Of a stretch of 64,000 bases of DNA, positions 53,902 to 64,000 are shown one piece after another; positions within the stretch are counted from its first letter, which is position 1, and each line of letters opens with the position of its first letter. Where the stretch lies: positions 62-64,061 of the forward strand of contig CAZGSV010000007.1 of assembly GCA_964528605.1 (NCBI GenBank), in the 5' to 3' direction. The translations under genes and the position numbers were made by a program. This DNA comes from an uncultured Armatimonadia bacterium (GTDB lineage Bacteria; Armatimonadota; Zipacnadia; CAZGSV01). The notes under the pieces were generated by a model. That model had not been told where the DNA came from, did no database searches, and worked only from the letters and a program-made list of their open reading frames with translations.

Positions 53902-56900
53902 TCACTCCGCGAAGTAAGGCTCCACCTCCACGAAGTTGAACATCAACTCCTGGCCGATGGGGGCTCCCGGTTCGTTCTCGCTCGCCCAGTCGGAGATGCG
54001 GACGACCGCCTCCTCGTTCTTCGCGCGAAAGACGCGCCAGTAGAAGTTCATCCATGCCGCCCGATTCTCATCGTACTGGCCCACGTAGTGGCCATAGCAG
54101 TTGTTGAAGACGTACTGGAAGCACTTCTCAGGCATCAGTTCGACGCCATCCAACTGGATGGACACCGCGTGCTGTTCTTGCGCCGACAGGTCCTTGTGGT
54201 CGCCAGTGAACATCTTGAGCGAGTACAGCCGTCCCTGCTCCAAGCCCGTTATCCTCTGCGAGACCACGTTGGGTCGCTGTGCGCTCCGCCGCATCACCAG
54301 GAAGGTGTCGCCCTCTTTGGTCTGGGGATAACGGCCCTCTAGGTAACTGTAGCCCTCCATGGCGCCGGTGCTGATGCTGCCCTTCTCGGCCGGCTCGACG
54401 TTCCAACCATTGAGGCCGTCCTCAAAGTCCGGATTGCGAAGGTGCGTGAGGCGGTAGGGGTCCTTGATGAACGGTTCGGTGTTGCCCTCGATGAAGTAGT
54501 GCCGGTACAGGCGCGCGGCCAGTCGCACCGACTCCTCGTCCGCGTAGCCGGAGGTGTACTCCATCACGCCGTAGAGCCCGAAGAAGGTGGGGTCGTTGGC
54601 GATCCAGCGGAACTGCATGTCCATCCAGGTGCGGTAGTCCACCCTCGGATTCACGTTCAGGCTCTCCGGCGGGGCGCACAAGTAGCCGAAGCACATGATC
54701 ATGTGGCGGACGGCGCCCGGGAGCGCCTTTTCCCATTGCACCGTCTCGTCGGTCAGCGTGCTTTGCAGGGACTTCCTCGCCTTTGATTCCGTCGGCTCTT
54801 CCCTCAGGTAACGCTCCCAGGCGAAGCGACTGCCCAGGTCCATGACCTTGCGGATGAACTCCGTGCTGCGGCGCCCTTCGTACATCGAACCGCAGTAGGG
54901 ATAGTAGTTGAAGTTCTGAAGCCGCGGATGCTGGTAAAGGCGCAGCATCGCCTCCTGCCAGGCGGGGTAGTTCTCCGACTCGCCTCCGAAGTACTCATCC
55001 ACGATGGCCCCATCGAAGGCATGGTCAGGGAGCAGCACGCGCTCCAGCCAGAAATCGTAAACCTCGTCGGCGGTGACCTTGTCGCCTTCCAGGCCCTTCA
55101 GGTAGCACTCGATGATGAACCTGCCGCCTTTCTCCCTCCACTCGCGCGCGTTCTTAACCTGCTCCTCGCCGCCGCCGCCCACGATCGTGTTGGCGTGCGG
55201 CAGCACGTAGCGGGACAGGAAGTCCCAGTCGTACGGCCCGTAAGGGGCCACGTGCGGGTTGTACTGGTAGTGGCAGAAGATCAGTTCGGGCACGGCGCGC
55301 ACGACCAAACGCTGCAGGCTGTAGGGCTGCGTGCATAAGAGGCGCAGCACGTGGTCGCCCTTCTTCAGGTAGCGCATGGTCTCAGCCACGCCAGGAGAGG
55401 TCTCAGATTGGACAAGGGTGGGAGCCTGCGCTGGGTGTCCGTCCACGGAGATGCGAATTTCGCCGCCGGAGCCCACGTTCGCGGTGGAGGCGAGGTAGAC
55501 CCAACCGTCGCGCGGGTTGTAGAAGGCCAGGTCCTGTGACGCGGCCGAGCCGGGCTGGACGTTGAGGAGCTCCGTCACCAGGTTGTTGAGCACCTTGAGG
55601 CCCTTGGGCGCGCCAGGCCAGGAGAGTTCCTTGGGCCAGGTCACGGACTCGCTAAGCGCCGACCCGACGGACTTGCCGGATCGGTCCCTCGCTTGGGCGC
55701 GGACCTCGTAATCTCCGCCTTCGAGCCCCTCGCACTTGAAGGTGGCTACAGCGACGGGCTCGTCGGGTGACTGCCTGCCGTGGACCGTCAGCACGGGTGA
55801 CTGGGTGCCCGCACGTATCAGGTCGAACTGCACTGTCGCGTCCGGCGGCAGTTCGCCCAAGACGCCGGTGTCGGCCTCAACCAGAAGTTGGCGGCTGTGG
55901 TAGTAGACGTAGGCGCGGATGGTCTTCTCCACCTGAACCACCCTTTCGTAGGAGTAAAGGAGCGCGCCCGTAGCCAGGTCGCGCACAAGCCATCTGTAGC
56001 GGCGCTCACCGCCAGTGCGGAAAGAGAAGTCAACCGGCACGCGCGCGGTCTGTCTCGGGCTCAGCGTCACCCGATCGCAGGCCAGTTGCGCGCCAACGGT
56101 AACGTCCGTGACCGCCACCTCGAGGTCCAGAGGTTCGCTGGAGTGGTTTGACAGACTCGCAAAGCCCCCGCTCGGCAGGCCGGCGGCCAGGGGGGGATGC
56201 CCGAAAGCCTCCAAGGTCAGCGGGGCGCCCGGAATGACCACCTGACCGTAGACGTTCGGGTTGGCCCAATCCCCGGCCGTGTATTGCCAGTCGAGGTCCT
56301 CGTCCTTGCCCTCCACGGTGCGGAGGCGCTCGAAGTTGACGCGCCAGTGCATCTCCACTTGCGGCGAGCGCGAAATGCCGACCGCGGCGAAGGGCAGGGC
56401 TATCTCGAGGGTCCACTGGTCTGCTGTCACGCGCGCCCCGGCCCGTATGTCCTTGACCTCGAGATGGCTGGCCCCGCGCAAGCGGAACTCCTTGGTGCCG
56501 ATGGAGTTGACCAGCAACTGATGGATTTGCTCGCTGCCGCCCGTGGGGTCGAAGTTCATCTCCAGGCAATCATCTTCCCAGACCGAGGCGTTGTCAGTGG
56601 TTGCGCCGGCGTGCATCTTCTCCGGGTTGGGCTCGGCACACCGGAAGCCCAGATACAAGTGGTCGGCGTCGCTCAAAGCGTACACCAGGGTCGGCTGCGA
56701 GGGTGCCGCCCCCGTGTCCTCATTCCGAAAGCCGCCTGACACACCCGCGGAGCGCCACACGGAGTCGGACAGGTCGCCGTCAATCACCGGGGCCGAGGAG
56801 ACCGCCGTTGCCCTAAGTGACTTCTTCTCCTCCGCGCCCCACGCGCAAGCGCATCCACACCCCACAATCAGGCAAAGCACAAGCAGAACCCAGCGCACTC

Positions 56901-56913
56901 TCATCCTTATCAC
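53902..56913 (-). CDS. Large secreted CBM9-like protein, paralog 3 of triplet B
   Basis: Collinear; signal 'MRVRWVLLVLCLIVGCGCACAWG'. Confidence 0.7.
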   Translation of the reverse strand: MIRMRVRWVLLVLCLIVGCGCACAWGAEEKKSLRATAVSSAPVIDGDLSDSVWRSAGVSGGFRNEDTGAAPSQPTLVYALSDADHLYLGFRCAEPNPEKMHAGATTDNASVWEDDCLEMNFDPTGGSEQIHQLLVNSIGTKEFRLRGASHLEVKDIRAGARVTADQWTLEIALPFAAVGISRSPQVEMHWRVNFERLRTVEGKDEDLDWQYTAGDWANPNVYGQVVIPGAPLTLEAFGHPPLAAGLPSGGFASLSNHSSEPLDLEVAVTDVTVGAQLACDRVTLSPRQTARVPVDFSFRTGGERRYRWLVRDLATGALLYSYERVVQVEKTIRAYVYYHSRQLLVEADTGVLGELPPDATVQFDLIRAGTQSPVLTVHGRQSPDEPVAVATFKCEGLEGGDYEVRAQARDRSGKSVGSALSESVTWPKELSWPGAPKGLKVLNNLVTELLNVQPGSAASQDLAFYNPRDGWVYLASTANVGSGGEIRISVDGHPAQAPTLVQSETSPGVAETMRYLKKGDHVLRLLCTQPYSLQRLVVRAVPELIFCHYQYNPHVAPYGPYDWDFLSRYVLPHANTIVGGGGEEQVKNAREWREKGGRFIIECYLKGLEGDKVTADEVYDFWLERVLLPDHAFDGAIVDEYFGGESENYPAWQEAMLRLYQHPRLQNFNYYPYCGSMYEGRRSTEFIRKVMDLGSRFAWERYLREEPTESKARKSLQSTLTDETVQWEKALPGAVRHMIMCFGYLCAPPESLNVNPRVDYRTWMDMQFRWIANDPTFFGLYGVMEYTSGYADEESVRLAARLYRHYFIEGNTEPFIKDPYRLTHLRNPDFEDGLNGWNVEPAEKGSISTGAMEGYSYLEGRYPQTKEGDTFLVMRRSAQRPNVVSQRITGLEQGRLYSLKMFTGDHKDLSAQEQHAVSIQLDGVELMPEKCFQYVFNNCYGHYVGQYDENRAAWMNFYWRVFRAKNEEAVVRISDWASENEPGAPIGQELMFNFVEVEPYFAE

Positions 56914-57050
56914 CTCTAGCCGGTGTGGTCTTCCGGGGCGTTCTTAGATAACGCTACGCCTTGCGCTTCGCCTCGGGCAAGTGCCCGGATACAGCCTCCG
57001 TGCGCGCGGCCGGCGGAGCAGACCGCGCAGGGAGCGACACCGGCCCTCCG

Positions 57051-60000
57051 CTAGGACTTCTTTCTCGTTCGGCCGGCGCGGATGTCCTCCCACATCATGC
57101 CGGAGCGCCAGACGTGGGGACGACCGCGCTCCTCGACCATGCGCAGGTAGAGGCGGCCGTTGGTCATCAACTTGCCCACGGCCCACCACGAGGCCAGCAC
57201 GGGCAGCGAACGGCGGCTGATGTCGAAGACCACCTGGCGCCGTTCGCCCGGCGCCAGCGAAACGCCGACCGTCCGCGGCGAGATCTCCAGCAGCGCTACG
57301 CCCCACATGTCCGCCTCGGGCCAAGTCTCGACGGGGGAAGCGATCGCCAACTCCGCCTCGAGCGACTCGGAGGAAGGATTGCCGAGCGTGGCGACGATTG
57401 CTCCGCCCTCGATCTTCAGAGTGAAGTCAGGCTCCACCGCCTTGCCCACTTCCAGGATGTCTTGGAACTCCTGCTCGCCGTGACCGAAGCGCAGTTTGAT
57501 CTGGCCCACCGCGTCGGGCGCAAGCGGGCGGACGGTGACGGGGAACACTTGATGCCCCAGGGCCGACAGCCGGTAGTGCAGCAGCGCCTGGTCGCAGTGC
57601 CAGCCTTCCGGCAGCACGAGCCGCAGGTCGCCCTCGGCCTCCGCGTCGAGAGAGTCGTTGACCACGTTGACCTTCAGGCGGAGCGCGCCGCCATTCAGCG
57701 TCTCGATGTCGCGCCCAATCGAAGCCACCACCGCTTCGTAGCCCAACGGCATCGTGCCGGCGTCGTGCTCCCACGAGCGCACGAACACCGGCTGCGCCGC
57801 CTCGGCCTGCGCGCCCAACGGCGTGGGCCGCCCGGCTGCCAAGCCCTCGGTCAAGAGGCCAATGGTCTCCACGGAGAACGGGCCCGCTTCGAATGGCACG
57901 CTGTTGCCGCTGATGGGAAGCGTTGAGCCGCGCTCCTCCAAGAGATCGGTCTTGAAGGCCTCGCGCACCTTGACCGGAAGCGACAGGGCCCCGGAGACGC
58001 GCCGTCCGCATGGCTCGTAGAAGCGCACCGCGATCCCGCGCTCGGGCAATTCCTTGCGCTCCGCACGCAGGCCGGCGAGCGGATTGCCGAGCCCTTTGAC
58101 TGCGGTCACGGCCACGGGGCCGCCTTCGACGCGCAGCAGCGAGAACTCCTCCGGCACTGCCTCGCCCGCCTCCTCCGCGGGAACCGCCATCAGAGGATCG
58201 TTGACCTCAAAGGCCACGCGGTAGGACTCGGCCTCGCGCCACGAGCCCGCGTGCGGGTACAGCGAGTAGGCGTAGGCGTGCGTGCGCTGCTCGGGAACGT
58301 AGTTGCGGCCTTCGATGTTCCCGGTGGCGCCGTACCAGCGCGCGGTGTGGAAGAGCAGCATCGTGGGCACGCCGCCCCTCTCCACGCTGCACGCGATGTT
58401 GCCGGTGTTGACTAGCGTCACGCCGTAGTCGTCAACGGCGCCGGGATCCGCGGCCCTCAGCGCGCAAGAGGCGTCCAGTGTCTCGCCCGTCGCCAGTTGT
58501 GCCTCGATCTCCGACACCAGGGCCTGCATGCCCGCGACGTCACGCGCGCCGAGCACTACCACCTTCATCGGCTTGCGCTCGTCGTTGTCGTCGTCAATGG
58601 CGAAGAGGATCGCGGTGCCTTCCTGGCTGACTTGCCGCTTGAAGGCCGCGCCTGCCGCGCCGTACGGCGGGCCTGCCCCCCCCGCCGCCTCCAGCACGCG
58701 CGTGGCATAGGCGTTGGGGATGTCCTCGGTGGTCAGCGCGACGCGCGTGTCCGTGTAGAGCAAGTCATCATTGAGGTCCTCGAGCAGGCTGCCGATGGCC
58801 GGATTCTTGCTGTCGCTCCACGGGGTCACGGGCACGCCCTTCTTGGTGAGCGCCAGTAGCAGTTGCTCGGCCACGGGGCGCAGGCGCTCGTTCTCGGGCG
58901 CGACCAAGGCCGTCATCCCGATGCAGAACGCACGCCCCTGCCCGAAGTCAACCTTCACCGTCGGGCCGAAGTCCATCCACCGCTCCGTCGGGTAGACCGC
59001 GCAGCCGCTGAACATGAAGGTCTGGTGGGTACGGAAGTCCAGCAGCCGCTTGCTCTGCCGCCGAACGATGGCGGCAAAGCGATCATCGAAGGTGGGCACG
59101 GCGCCCTGCAAAGCCGTCGGCAAAGTGACCGCAAACAGGTCGTCTTCGCCCTGGTAATCCACGATGTAGACGCGGCAGTCAATGCGCTCGAGCCCGTTGA
59201 CGAGCACGGCCTCTTGCCGCGTCGGGCAGATGTCGCCCAACTCGTTCTCCACTACGAGGCGTGTGAGCACCTCGCCTCTCTCCACGCTGACGCGAGCCGG
59301 GTAGTCGCGGGCGTAGAGGCCCTGCCCGGTGGTGTACATCTCGTGCTGCGTCTCGGCGCGGTTCGCCACCTCGCGATGGATCGAGATCTCGTTCCCGACC
59401 ATTCCCTTGCTGGTGTCCAGCAGTTCGCGCTTCTGCCGCTTGTCGAAGAGGGATACCAGGCCGCCGCCGCGCTGGGGGTCGGCCTCGAGGCGGAAGAACT
59501 CGTTCTCTACCACGTTGCCGGGCGCCTGCTCGCCCGGGCGCGCGGGCTTCTCCGGGTTAGGCGTCAGGTAGTAGGTCGTGTAACCGAGCGAGGGCACCTG
59601 AGCTAGGAAGGCGATCTCCTTCCGCTTGCCCTCCTGGCTCAGAATCTGGCAGGCCACCGCCCTGCCCTCGCGGTCGCGCACGCCGAACTGGGCCCAGCCT
59701 TCGGGCACCTCAACCCAAGTGCGGCAGAGGTCCCTGCGATCCCAGGCATGGGGGTTGAACACACGCAGAGGAATCTCTCCGGCCTTGGCGTTCGCCTTGG
59801 CGGCGCGGCTGATATAGCGCATCGCGTCGCGCAGCGCGCCGGCGCCTAGTTCCGCGGCCTCGCGGTAACCGGTCATCAAGTCCGCGAAGGAAATCTCGTT
59901 GTGCGTGCCGGTGAGGGAGTCGTGGTGCTGGCCGCAGAGGAGTTGGCGCCAGCCTTTGTCCACCGCCAACTCGGGGTATTTCGCGCCCAGCAGCCCGGCG

Positions 60001-61724
60001 AGCACCGAAAACTTCTCCGCGCTGATGAGCAGGTTCTCGGCCAGCCGGTTCCCTATCTTCAGTTCGATGCGGCTGAGCGCGGTGCCGGCGTGATAGAGGG
60101 ACATGTCGCGGGAGGTCAGCGGCAAGTGCACCTCCGGTTTCTTGCTCTCCTCCTCGACCGCGCGATGGAAGTCGCTGGGCACCGCCAGCCGCAGTTGCGG
60201 CTCGAGCGACCACAGCCATTCCGTGGGCGCCGTCTTGTCCGCTCCCGCCAGGAAGCAAGACAGCCCCATCGCGCGCGCCTCGTACCGGTGCACGCTCCCT
60301 CGGCGGTGAATGAGCACGGTGCCGTCGGGCGAGGCGTAGCGGAAGAGCGGCGGGAAGCCGAGTATGTGCTTGTCCCAGGCACAGGCGATACATCCGCCCT
60401 TCGAGGTCAACTGGGACAACTGCGCCGGGTGGCCGAAGACGTCGCCGGGAGTGTAGACGTAGCACTTCCTGCCGAGCACGTCGCCGTGGAAGAGTTGCCC
60501 GTAGACCAGGTTGCGCACGAAGCCTTCGCCGGAGGCGTTGACTTCCTGCGGCTGGTTGTAAAGCACGTCCGATTCCGCGCGCCCGGAAGAGAACGCCTGC
60601 CGCAGCGTCTCCCGATCCGCGGGGAACATGTCGAAGTAGGGCTTGAGGTAGTCCACCTCGGAGATGGTGGCCTTGAAGTACGGGTCCGCCCGCAACTGCT
60701 CGCAATAGCGCCGGCAGATGTCGAGCGCGCCCATGGCATACACCCGCTGCTCTTCGTGATACGTAGTGTCGAAGTGGAAGTCGGTGTACACGTAGCCGAC
60801 GGCTGGAGCGTCGGGCGGCGCCTCGCCCTGATAGGCGAAACTCGCCTGCGCGCTCTGCGCACCCACCTCCACCCTAACTACGCCTTGGCCCTCGCGCGGG
60901 CCGCAGGGAGGAGCGCCGACTCGTATCAACTGGGCCTGCCCCGGCTGCAGGTCCTCCACCTGACTCGCCTCCGCCCCCAGGCTCACTTTGGCCTTCGCCG
61001 GCGCGCGACCCCAGTTGCCGACGCGCACGGCGAAAGCCTCGCTTGGGGCCGAGACGGGCCCGAAGAACCCGTCCTGCTTTTGCGGCGGCGAAACATAGAC
61101 CTCCGCGACCCCGACCAAGGCAGGAACCACTCGGAAGGCGCCAAACTGGAAGTCAATGCCATCCGCGATGAAGCCCGGGCGCACCTTGACCATGAGCAGG
61201 TTCACGCCCTTGCGGAGCAGAAGCGGCAGATTCACCTGCCGCACCCACAACCCCTTGGTGAGCCCATAGGGCTGCGCCAACACCGACTCGCCATTGAGCA
61301 ACAGTTGCGCGCCCGAGTGATAGAAATCAACAAATACGGGGGTGTCTTCCTCGGCCTCGACGTAGGTGGCCGCGTACCAGACGGCGTTGCGCTGCACGGT
61401 CCGGTAGAGCAGCGGGCCGCTCGGGCCCGTGAAACCGAAATGATTGCCTGTGCGCCGCTGCCAGCGCAGACGGTCAGGACCCAGGAACGGATTAGGCTGC
61501 TCCGCGCCCTCGAGGGGTTTGACCGCCCTCTCCCCGCCAGTGCTCTCGAGATAGTCAATCGCGAGTATCTTCTCGCGCTCGAAGAAGTGCTCCTTCTCGA
61601 ACGAGGCGCCGGTCTCAACAACCCACGGGCCCAGCACCAGCCAGTCCTCAATCACGGGATGGGCGCGCAGCGCCTGCACGGTCGCAATCGGCATAAGTTC
61701 TCTTTCGCGCGGGCTCGGGTTCAT
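57051..61724 (-). CDS. Large GH38 alpha-mannosidase-like protein
   Basis: RBS GGAGG before ATG 61724. Zn/catalytic motifs 'DFHFDTTY', 'PGDVFGHP', 'QHHDSLTGT'; 'RAYEVN.PL'-like 'RVAFEVNDPL'. Confidence 0.85.
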   Translation of the reverse strand: MNPSPRERELMPIATVQALRAHPVIEDWLVLGPWVVETGASFEKEHFFEREKILAIDYLESTGGERAVKPLEGAEQPNPFLGPDRLRWQRRTGNHFGFTGPSGPLLYRTVQRNAVWYAATYVEAEEDTPVFVDFYHSGAQLLLNGESVLAQPYGLTKGLWVRQVNLPLLLRKGVNLLMVKVRPGFIADGIDFQFGAFRVVPALVGVAEVYVSPPQKQDGFFGPVSAPSEAFAVRVGNWGRAPAKAKVSLGAEASQVEDLQPGQAQLIRVGAPPCGPREGQGVVRVEVGAQSAQASFAYQGEAPPDAPAVGYVYTDFHFDTTYHEEQRVYAMGALDICRRYCEQLRADPYFKATISEVDYLKPYFDMFPADRETLRQAFSSGRAESDVLYNQPQEVNASGEGFVRNLVYGQLFHGDVLGRKCYVYTPGDVFGHPAQLSQLTSKGGCIACAWDKHILGFPPLFRYASPDGTVLIHRRGSVHRYEARAMGLSCFLAGADKTAPTEWLWSLEPQLRLAVPSDFHRAVEEESKKPEVHLPLTSRDMSLYHAGTALSRIELKIGNRLAENLLISAEKFSVLAGLLGAKYPELAVDKGWRQLLCGQHHDSLTGTHNEISFADLMTGYREAAELGAGALRDAMRYISRAAKANAKAGEIPLRVFNPHAWDRRDLCRTWVEVPEGWAQFGVRDREGRAVACQILSQEGKRKEIAFLAQVPSLGYTTYYLTPNPEKPARPGEQAPGNVVENEFFRLEADPQRGGGLVSLFDKRQKRELLDTSKGMVGNEISIHREVANRAETQHEMYTTGQGLYARDYPARVSVERGEVLTRLVVENELGDICPTRQEAVLVNGLERIDCRVYIVDYQGEDDLFAVTLPTALQGAVPTFDDRFAAIVRRQSKRLLDFRTHQTFMFSGCAVYPTERWMDFGPTVKVDFGQGRAFCIGMTALVAPENERLRPVAEQLLLALTKKGVPVTPWSDSKNPAIGSLLEDLNDDLLYTDTRVALTTEDIPNAYATRVLEAAGGAGPPYGAAGAAFKRQVSQEGTAILFAIDDDNDERKPMKVVVLGARDVAGMQALVSEIEAQLATGETLDASCALRAADPGAVDDYGVTLVNTGNIACSVERGGVPTMLLFHTARWYGATGNIEGRNYVPEQRTHAYAYSLYPHAGSWREAESYRVAFEVNDPLMAVPAEEAGEAVPEEFSLLRVEGGPVAVTAVKGLGNPLAGLRAERKELPERGIAVRFYEPCGRRVSGALSLPVKVREAFKTDLLEERGSTLPISGNSVPFEAGPFSVETIGLLTEGLAAGRPTPLGAQAEAAQPVFVRSWEHDAGTMPLGYEAVVASIGRDIETLNGGALRLKVNVVNDSLDAEAEGDLRLVLPEGWHCDQALLHYRLSALGHQVFPVTVRPLAPDAVGQIKLRFGHGEQEFQDILEVGKAVEPDFTLKIEGGAIVATLGNPSSESLEAELAIASPVETWPEADMWGVALLEISPRTVGVSLAPGERRQVVFDISRRSLPVLASWWAVGKLMTNGRLYLRMVEERGRPHVWRSGMMWEDIRAGRTRKKS

Positions 61725-61912
61725 CGTGACCTCCAGATACACATCGGCGGCCACGCTTCGTGCCCGTGGCCGCGTCAGTAGGACTTTGCCCAAAACGGGC
61801 GTGCCCGTCAAGCACCACGCAGCCACCTGCCCAGGGCGGATGCGCGCCGTCGTGACTTGGCTCCTAGCCTGTGCTAGTCTCCGCCAAACCTGCCGAAAGC
61901 AGAATCTGTGTC

Positions 61913-64000
61913 ATGCGTAGGAAACCGAGAAACATCGGCAAGCGCGACGCCATCACCCGCCGCCGCTTCCTAGGCCTTTCGGCGGCAGCGTTGGGGGGCG
62001 CGCTCACCGGCCTCCGCTGGGCCGACCAGCCGGGCTATGGCCAGCCTATTGTGGAACAGAGGGATGAACGAGAGATGCAGATCAAGCGCGTTGACACCGC
62101 GGAACTGATAGGGCTGGAAAGCGAGGAGGCCCGCATAGCCTTCGACCGAGCCACCGGGCGGCTGGTCAGCCTGCGCAACAACATCGTCCAGGATGAGTAC
62201 CTGAAGGAGTTCCAGGAGGCCGGCAACCCCTTCCGCGTTTACACCGACTTCGTTCGGCCCTTCGAGTTGGCCGACGACCCCGCGGACATTGCCCGGACCG
62301 CGCTGGATCCGTTCTGCTGCCGCCTGGTTTCTGCGGCTTGCGAGCAGCGCCAGGGTGGGCAGGCGGTGGTGCTGATCTACAGGGACCGGGCCGAGAAGTG
62401 GGAGCTTCGGCTTGAGGTGGCGTTGGCCGCGGGTGGCTCGTCCGAATGGAATCTACAGGTCACCAATGTAGGCACAGAGGCGGGCCAGGTCATCGTTGAG
62501 TTCCCCTACCTCGACCGGGTTTGTCTGGGCGCCTCGCGACGGAAGAACCTCGCCACCGTACTTGAACAGGCGGGCTACATCGCGCCCTCGTACCATCACC
62601 CCGGCGGCATCCACGGCAACGGCGGGGAGTGGTCCATGCAGTGGCACTGCGTCTACGACCCGGACTCGGGGGGGGCACTGGGGCTCATCGTGAAGGACTC
62701 CGAGGTGCGCAACAAGCAGCTGCGCGCCGACTCGCCTTCCCTCCGCATCAGCACCTTCCCCGAGCAAGAAGTCAAGCCTGGGGACGGGCTCGCGCTGCCG
62801 CCGGTGCAGTTGCTCGTTTACCGGGGCGACTGGCGCGCCACCGCGCGCGCCTACCGCGCCTGGTTTGCGGTGGCGATGCAACCGGTGGCGCCGGCGGAGT
62901 GGCTGCGCCGCTGCGACGGCTGGGCCGGCCGGTGGTTCGGCAAGCGCGGCGGCGCGGCGATGGGCGGCTCCACCCAGATGGACAGTTTCCGCGACCTGCC
63001 CAACGCCTACCTGGACTCACCCATTGATAACCAGGAGTACGCGTTCCACGACCGCGGCTGCCAGTTCCCCGTCTCCCCGCCGGGTGTCACGCCGCTCCAC
63101 TACATTCACACCACGGGAGACAACATTCTGCGCGAGGACTTGGGCGGCGCGGAGGCGCTGCGCGAGGGCGTGGCGGCGGTGCACGCTCTCGGGTTTCACT
63201 TCACCTTCTACGTCGAGGGCTACATCGTCCACGAGACCAGCGAGTTGGCCCAGGACGGCCGCGCCCAGCGCTGGTCAGTGATGCACAAGAATGGGACCAT
63301 CAGCGGCAACTACACCCGCGAGGGCTTCTTCCACATGTGTCCCGCCTGCGAGGAGTGGCAGGACCATCTCGCGAGCGTCTGTGCTCGCCTCCTCCGCGAG
63401 ACGGGCGCCGACGGCGTGCGCCTCGACTCCCTCGGCTTCTACTTCCTTCCCTGCTACAACCCTGCCCACAACCACCCTCATCCCTTCGTCTACAACGATG
63501 GCGTGCGCCGACTGCTCGCCAAGGTCAGCAAGGCCGTGCGCGAGGCGAACCCGAACGCGGTCCTCACCACCGAGGGCGCCGTGGACTTCTACGCCCGCTA
63601 TATGAATGGCGCCCTGACCAGCGTCTGCTCGCGGCAGGCGCCGCCGATGCGCATGGCGCTGCCTAACTACCGCTGCTACGTGTACGGGGCGTTGGGGCCG
63701 GTGTGGGAGTCGCTCAGCGGCTACGCAGGGGGGGGCGACGTCAACTGGCGTTGCGTGCGCTTCCCGATCGAAGAGACCTTCATCTGGGGCGAAGTCGAGG
63801 AGGACCCAGAGGCCCCTGAGAGTCGCGTGATCTGCCGCCTCTTCCGGAGCGAGGACCACTGGGCTCTGGTGGGCGCTTGGGTGGATTCTGACGAGCCCTG
63901 GCTGCTGCCCAGGGGACTCGACGGCCAGCCCACGCTTGGGCTGGACCCCAACGCGGGGCCCGTGCAGGTCCGCGTGCGTGGGCTCGCGCCGCTGGTCGAG
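61913..64000 (+). CDS. Tat-exported hypothetical glycoside-hydrolase-like protein (DUF6259-like), truncated by the window end
   Basis: Absent from the ORF track because no stop lies in the window. MRRKPRNIGKRDAITRRRFLGLSAAALGG twin-arginine leader; later in the same frame 'FTFYVEG', 'HMCP', 'DGVRLDSLG'. Confidence 0.7.
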   Translation, partial: MRRKPRNIGKRDAITRRRFLGLSAAALGGALTGLRWADQPGYGQPIVEQRDEREMQIKRVDTAELIGLESEEARIAFDRATGRLVSLRNNIVQDEYLKEFQEAGNPFRVYTDFVRPFELADDPADIARTALDPFCCRLVSAACEQRQGGQAVVLIYRDRAEKWELRLEVALAAGGSSEWNLQVTNVGTEAGQVIVEFPYLDRVCLGASRRKNLATVLEQAGYIAPSYHHPGGIHGNGGEWSMQWHCVYDPDSGGALGLIVKDSEVRNKQLRADSPSLRISTFPEQEVKPGDGLALPPVQLLVYRGDWRATARAYRAWFAVAMQPVAPAEWLRRCDGWAGRWFGKRGGAAMGGSTQMDSFRDLPNAYLDSPIDNQEYAFHDRGCQFPVSPPGVTPLHYIHTTGDNILREDLGGAEALREGVAAVHALGFHFTFYVEGYIVHETSELAQDGRAQRWSVMHKNGTISGNYTREGFFHMCPACEEWQDHLASVCARLLRETGADGVRLDSLGFYFLPCYNPAHNHPHPFVYNDGVRRLLAKVSKAVREANPNAVLTTEGAVDFYARYMNGALTSVCSRQAPPMRMALPNYRCYVYGALGPVWESLSGYAGGGDVNWRCVRFPIEETFIWGEVEEDPEAPESRVICRLFRSEDHWALVGAWVDSDEPWLLPRGLDGQPTLGLDPNAGPVQVRVRGLAPLVE

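Noticed and set aside
1-64000. CRISPR array, rRNA or IS element
   Set aside because: There are no regularly spaced direct repeats, rRNA-like sequence or transposase motifs; the repeats found are paralog similarity or scattered REP-like hairpins.

Overview
High-GC bacterial DNA, probably from an anaerobic polysaccharide degrader. The abundance of secreted glycoside-hydrolase-like orphans resembles Armatimonadota/PVC genomes, but this taxonomy is an inference. Most of the window is carbohydrate-scavenging and housekeeping genes, including three tandem paralog arrays of uncharacterised proteins. The standout is a selenium island at about 9.6-17.8 kb. A sigma70-type promoter precedes three ORFs that the ORF track truncates at in-frame TGA codons. 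Each TGA sits next to a Cys (C-P-T-U-L, G-U-G-G-T-C, G-U-S-G-S-C) and is followed 20-23 nt later by a bacterial SECIS-like hairpin. Two of the hairpins lie in a 28-nt stretch that is 27/28 identical between otherwise dissimilar genes. These genes and a membrane polyferredoxin lie directly upstream of selA, an unusual multi-domain selD, selB and an overlapping tRNA-Sec (selC). Divergently transcribed from the island is a double-cubane [8Fe-9S] reductase and its ATP-dependent activator. I read this as a candidate undescribed membrane/extracytoplasmic selenoprotein redox system with its own Sec machinery. No CRISPR array, rRNA, integrase or transposase was seen.
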